Position numbers and translations under genes: made by a program
The notes under the pieces: model-generated
The model's input: only the letters and a program-made list of their open reading frames with translations
Database searches by the model: none
What the model was told of the DNA's origin: nothing
IMG/VR virus record: IMGVR_UViG_3300045988_165115
Source: a virus
Lineage: Duplodnaviria; Heunggongvirae; Uroviricota; Caudoviricetes
Length of the DNA: 39,673 bases
Strand: one strand, 5' to 3'
In this document: positions 37,424 to 39,673 of the stretch, piece by piece
Numbering within the stretch: the stretch's first letter is position 1
Layout of the letters: every line of letters starts with the position of its first letter

Positions 37424-38770
37424 TCATAAACTGTTCCCCTGCAATCTTTGGAGAACTTCATCCCGGAGATCATCGATCCCGTCAGAAACCTGAGCTAACC
37501 AAACTTGACTTAATGAGCCAATATCAGCCTTACTTAGGGCTACTAACATATTGATATCTTCAGAAGATGTAACTATATCGAACAACTGATTTTTATTCCT
37601 CCCTTTAGCTACTATTTCCCCCAATAAATCATCATACGTAACTAACATCATTATTTTTCTAACTAGATCGGTTTGTATGACTGGCAGATCTTCTGTCAAA
37701 ATTCGTTGTAGCATCGCAAGTGACTTCCTAGGATGCTCTCCATCTGCCTCATGCATGTAATTATTATTCCAACGTGTTTTAGGCCCTTTGCCTATATCAT
37801 GCAAATAAGCGGCCAACTCCAAAACTTCCTGATGAATAGAGTCTAATTGATAAAACTCTGGTGAATTAACTACAAGACTAGCCACTCGTCGACTATGAGA
37901 GCCAACATCTTCATTATGAGGCCCGTAGCTCGTCCCCAATCCATCGATATCTTCAAGCTCTTGGATGGAGGAGAAATTACCACGAATTGCACTTAGAGCA
38001 TCACTAATACTTTGAAATTTTGGCCTCGTTTCTCGTTGAAATGAAGTTACATATTCAATAGCTTCATCAAAAAGCATTTTTAACACTACCGGTCCCGTGA
38101 CTAAGGATGAGGACCAGTTTCCAGGTTGATAATAATAATGTTGAAAATCACCCTCAACAATATTTGGTGGAACAATACCTTTGTTCTGGAAAATACTCCT
38201 CACAATATCAGACATAGAACGATTCCATGTAATTATCTGATTTATTTCGCTTAAAGAGACATGATCTGGCAGCAAAAGTTCTGCCATCTTTTTATGCCTC
38301 TGAGTCTCGTCAGCATAACCCCATGCATTATTATCTATGGTAGCCCAATCTAATACATCAAGCTGGTCAGCTTGAGTATTACCAGAATAAAAGTTCGGTG
38401 GATTAACTGTATTTGCGGAAGCATCTGTAAAATATGACCCATTCCTTGTTTCGAGTGATAATATAGAAACTGAAAGATAGATAATAAATTGCTGATCTAC
38501 ATTTTTTTTATGAAGAACAGACAATTGCATGGGCGTTTTTTTTGCAAAATAAAAAGGAACATAATCATGAACACAACGACCATTCGTATTAGGCACCTGC
38601 ATCACTGCCCTACGCCCCTGTATTCCTTCATCAGCAACATTCACATGTGATATACGACGTGCAATTTTCTGATTAGTCGAAAACAGCCCAGTTTCAATTA
38701 TTGATTCAAGATTATCTACTGACGTAAAGTGATATGCATTTCGGTGTCTATGGTGAACAGGAACTGTCAT
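37424..38770 (-). CDS. DarT-like (DUF4433) DNA ADP-ribosyltransferase domain fused to a C-terminal HD phosphohydrolase domain
   Basis: N-terminal YHFTSVDNLESIIETGL, HDYVPFYFAKKTPM, YFTDASANT and AELLL match DarT motifs including the catalytic glutamate position; C-terminal H...LHDIGKG HD signature; GGGGGA Shine-Dalgarno upstream. Confidence 0.6.
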   Translation of the reverse strand: MTVPVHHRHRNAYHFTSVDNLESIIETGLFSTNQKIARRISHVNVADEGIQGRRAVMQVPNTNGRCVHDYVPFYFAKKTPMQLSVLHKKNVDQQFIIYLSVSILSLETRNGSYFTDASANTVNPPNFYSGNTQADQLDVLDWATIDNNAWGYADETQRHKKMAELLLPDHVSLSEINQIITWNRSMSDIVRSIFQNKGIVPPNIVEGDFQHYYYQPGNWSSSLVTGPVVLKMLFDEAIEYVTSFQRETRPKFQSISDALSAIRGNFSSIQELEDIDGLGTSYGPHNEDVGSHSRRVASLVVNSPEFYQLDSIHQEVLELAAYLHDIGKGPKTRWNNNYMHEADGEHPRKSLAMLQRILTEDLPVIQTDLVRKIMMLVTYDDLLGEIVAKGRNKNQLFDIVTSSEDINMLVALSKADIGSLSQVWLAQVSDGIDDLRDEVLQRLQGNSL

Positions 38771-39112
38771 GTATCCCCCATGAAAAACTATAAAAATTTA
38801 GGTAGTGTGCTTTATATTATTACAGTAATTGTAAATTACCGATATAGGATATCAACCTTCCTGTGATCTAGGTCACTCAGGATGAGCAACTTCCTATTGA
38901 TTAGGATTCAAAATGTTTGAAATGTGCGCTTACAGAACCACAGGCCACTTTGAGCGAAGAACAGACCTAAATATAAACGAGGGTTAATCAGCAATAATTA
39001 TAATAAACTGAGGTATGCCTAATTGGAACTTGACAATATAACTACCATCTCTCCCTAAACAACTAGGAGTTTTGATAACTTATTTTGATAAAATTTTGAT
39101 AACCGTTAGCAG

Positions 39113-39148
39113 ACTAACAAAAAACAACGGGAGCGTTACACTCCCGTT
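39113..39148 (-). terminator. rho-independent terminator downstream of the icd 3' end
   Basis: AACGGGAG-loop-CTCCCGTT hairpin followed on the minus strand by TTGTTTTTTGTT. Confidence 0.7.
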
Positions 39149-39171
39149 AATAGATTTAACAAATCACGATA

Positions 39172-39334
39172 TTACATATTCTTGATGATCGCATCACCAA
39201 ATTCTGAACATTTCAGCAGTTTAGCACCTTCCATCAGACGTTCGAAGTCATAGGTTACGGTCTTCGCGTTGATTGCGCCTTCCATACCTTTAACAATCAG
39301 GTCTGCGGCTTCAGTCCAACCCATATGGCGCAGC
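39172..39334 (-). pseudogene. icd: 3' terminal fragment of isocitrate dehydrogenase gene icd (about 54 codons), attachment-site copy for the e14-like phage
   Basis: Minus-strand translation [54 protein letters not shown] matches the Icd C-terminus; similarity stops abruptly at about 39334. Confidence 0.8.
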
Positions 39335-39673
39335 AGTATATAAAAATTATGTATTCAACTCGCTGATATTTAATCATAAATATTATTTTCTTGTCTTTGT
39401 ATTAGCCAAAATCAACTTTATTCAACCGTTTGATTTCATTGACGTTCGTTTTTATTTTGGGGAAAGATTTTCTCTACCATTTATATCAAAATTACAAGTC
39501 TACATTTTATTAACATCTCAATACATGTGTGGCCTTGCAAGCCATTGCGAGGCCTTATGTGTCTCAGTTTTGTCCCGCCTTGTATTACGACTTGCATAGC
39601 CAATGAAGATAAACGTGACGACAAACAAAGCAGCTGTCTTCTTTTCTTTCACACTTTCCCCACTCAGCAGCAT

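Larger units (their letters stand above)
1..39334. mobile_element. e14-like lambdoid prophage, truncated at the window start; Mu-like tail, HK97-like head, lambda-like lysis and immunity modules, ending at an icd 3' attachment fragment
   Basis: Continuous phage gene order from tail fibres to int; lambda-type integrase next to a 163-bp icd 3' fragment; composition shifts at the cargo loci. Confidence 0.8.

Noticed and set aside
39336-39673. Possible continuation of the icd coding sequence upstream of the fragment
   Set aside because: Translation upstream of 39334 no longer matches Icd and the DNA becomes AT-rich; treated as a junction with another element.

Overview
The window is almost entirely one temperate phage genome (probably an integrated prophage) of the e14 type, ending at a 3' fragment of the host icd gene. 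Read left to right it runs: an invertible tail-fibre cassette, a Mu-like contractile tail module, an HK97-like head and packaging module, a lambda-like lysis cassette with bor, a Q antiterminator and nin-like region, the replication module with an iteron origin, the cro/cI immunity switch, an early-left operon, xis and int. Three AT-rich cargo loci interrupt this backbone and are the main points of interest. First, a two-gene operon between Q and the holin, on the opposite strand to the late genes, encoding a zinc-ribbon/NdpA(NA37)-like protein and a membrane protein; I could not place it in any described defence family. Second, a DarTG-like pair between int and the icd fragment: a DarT ADP-ribosyltransferase fused to an HD domain, and a TARG1/DarG-type macrodomain protein with a Rossmann-like C-terminal domain. 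Third, a YfdP/YfdQ/YfdR-like block with an HD-domain hydrolase upstream of xis. No tRNA, rRNA or CRISPR array was found. All calls rest on reading the six-frame translations and the DNA by eye; no database search was run, so family names are recollection-based and carry the stated confidence.
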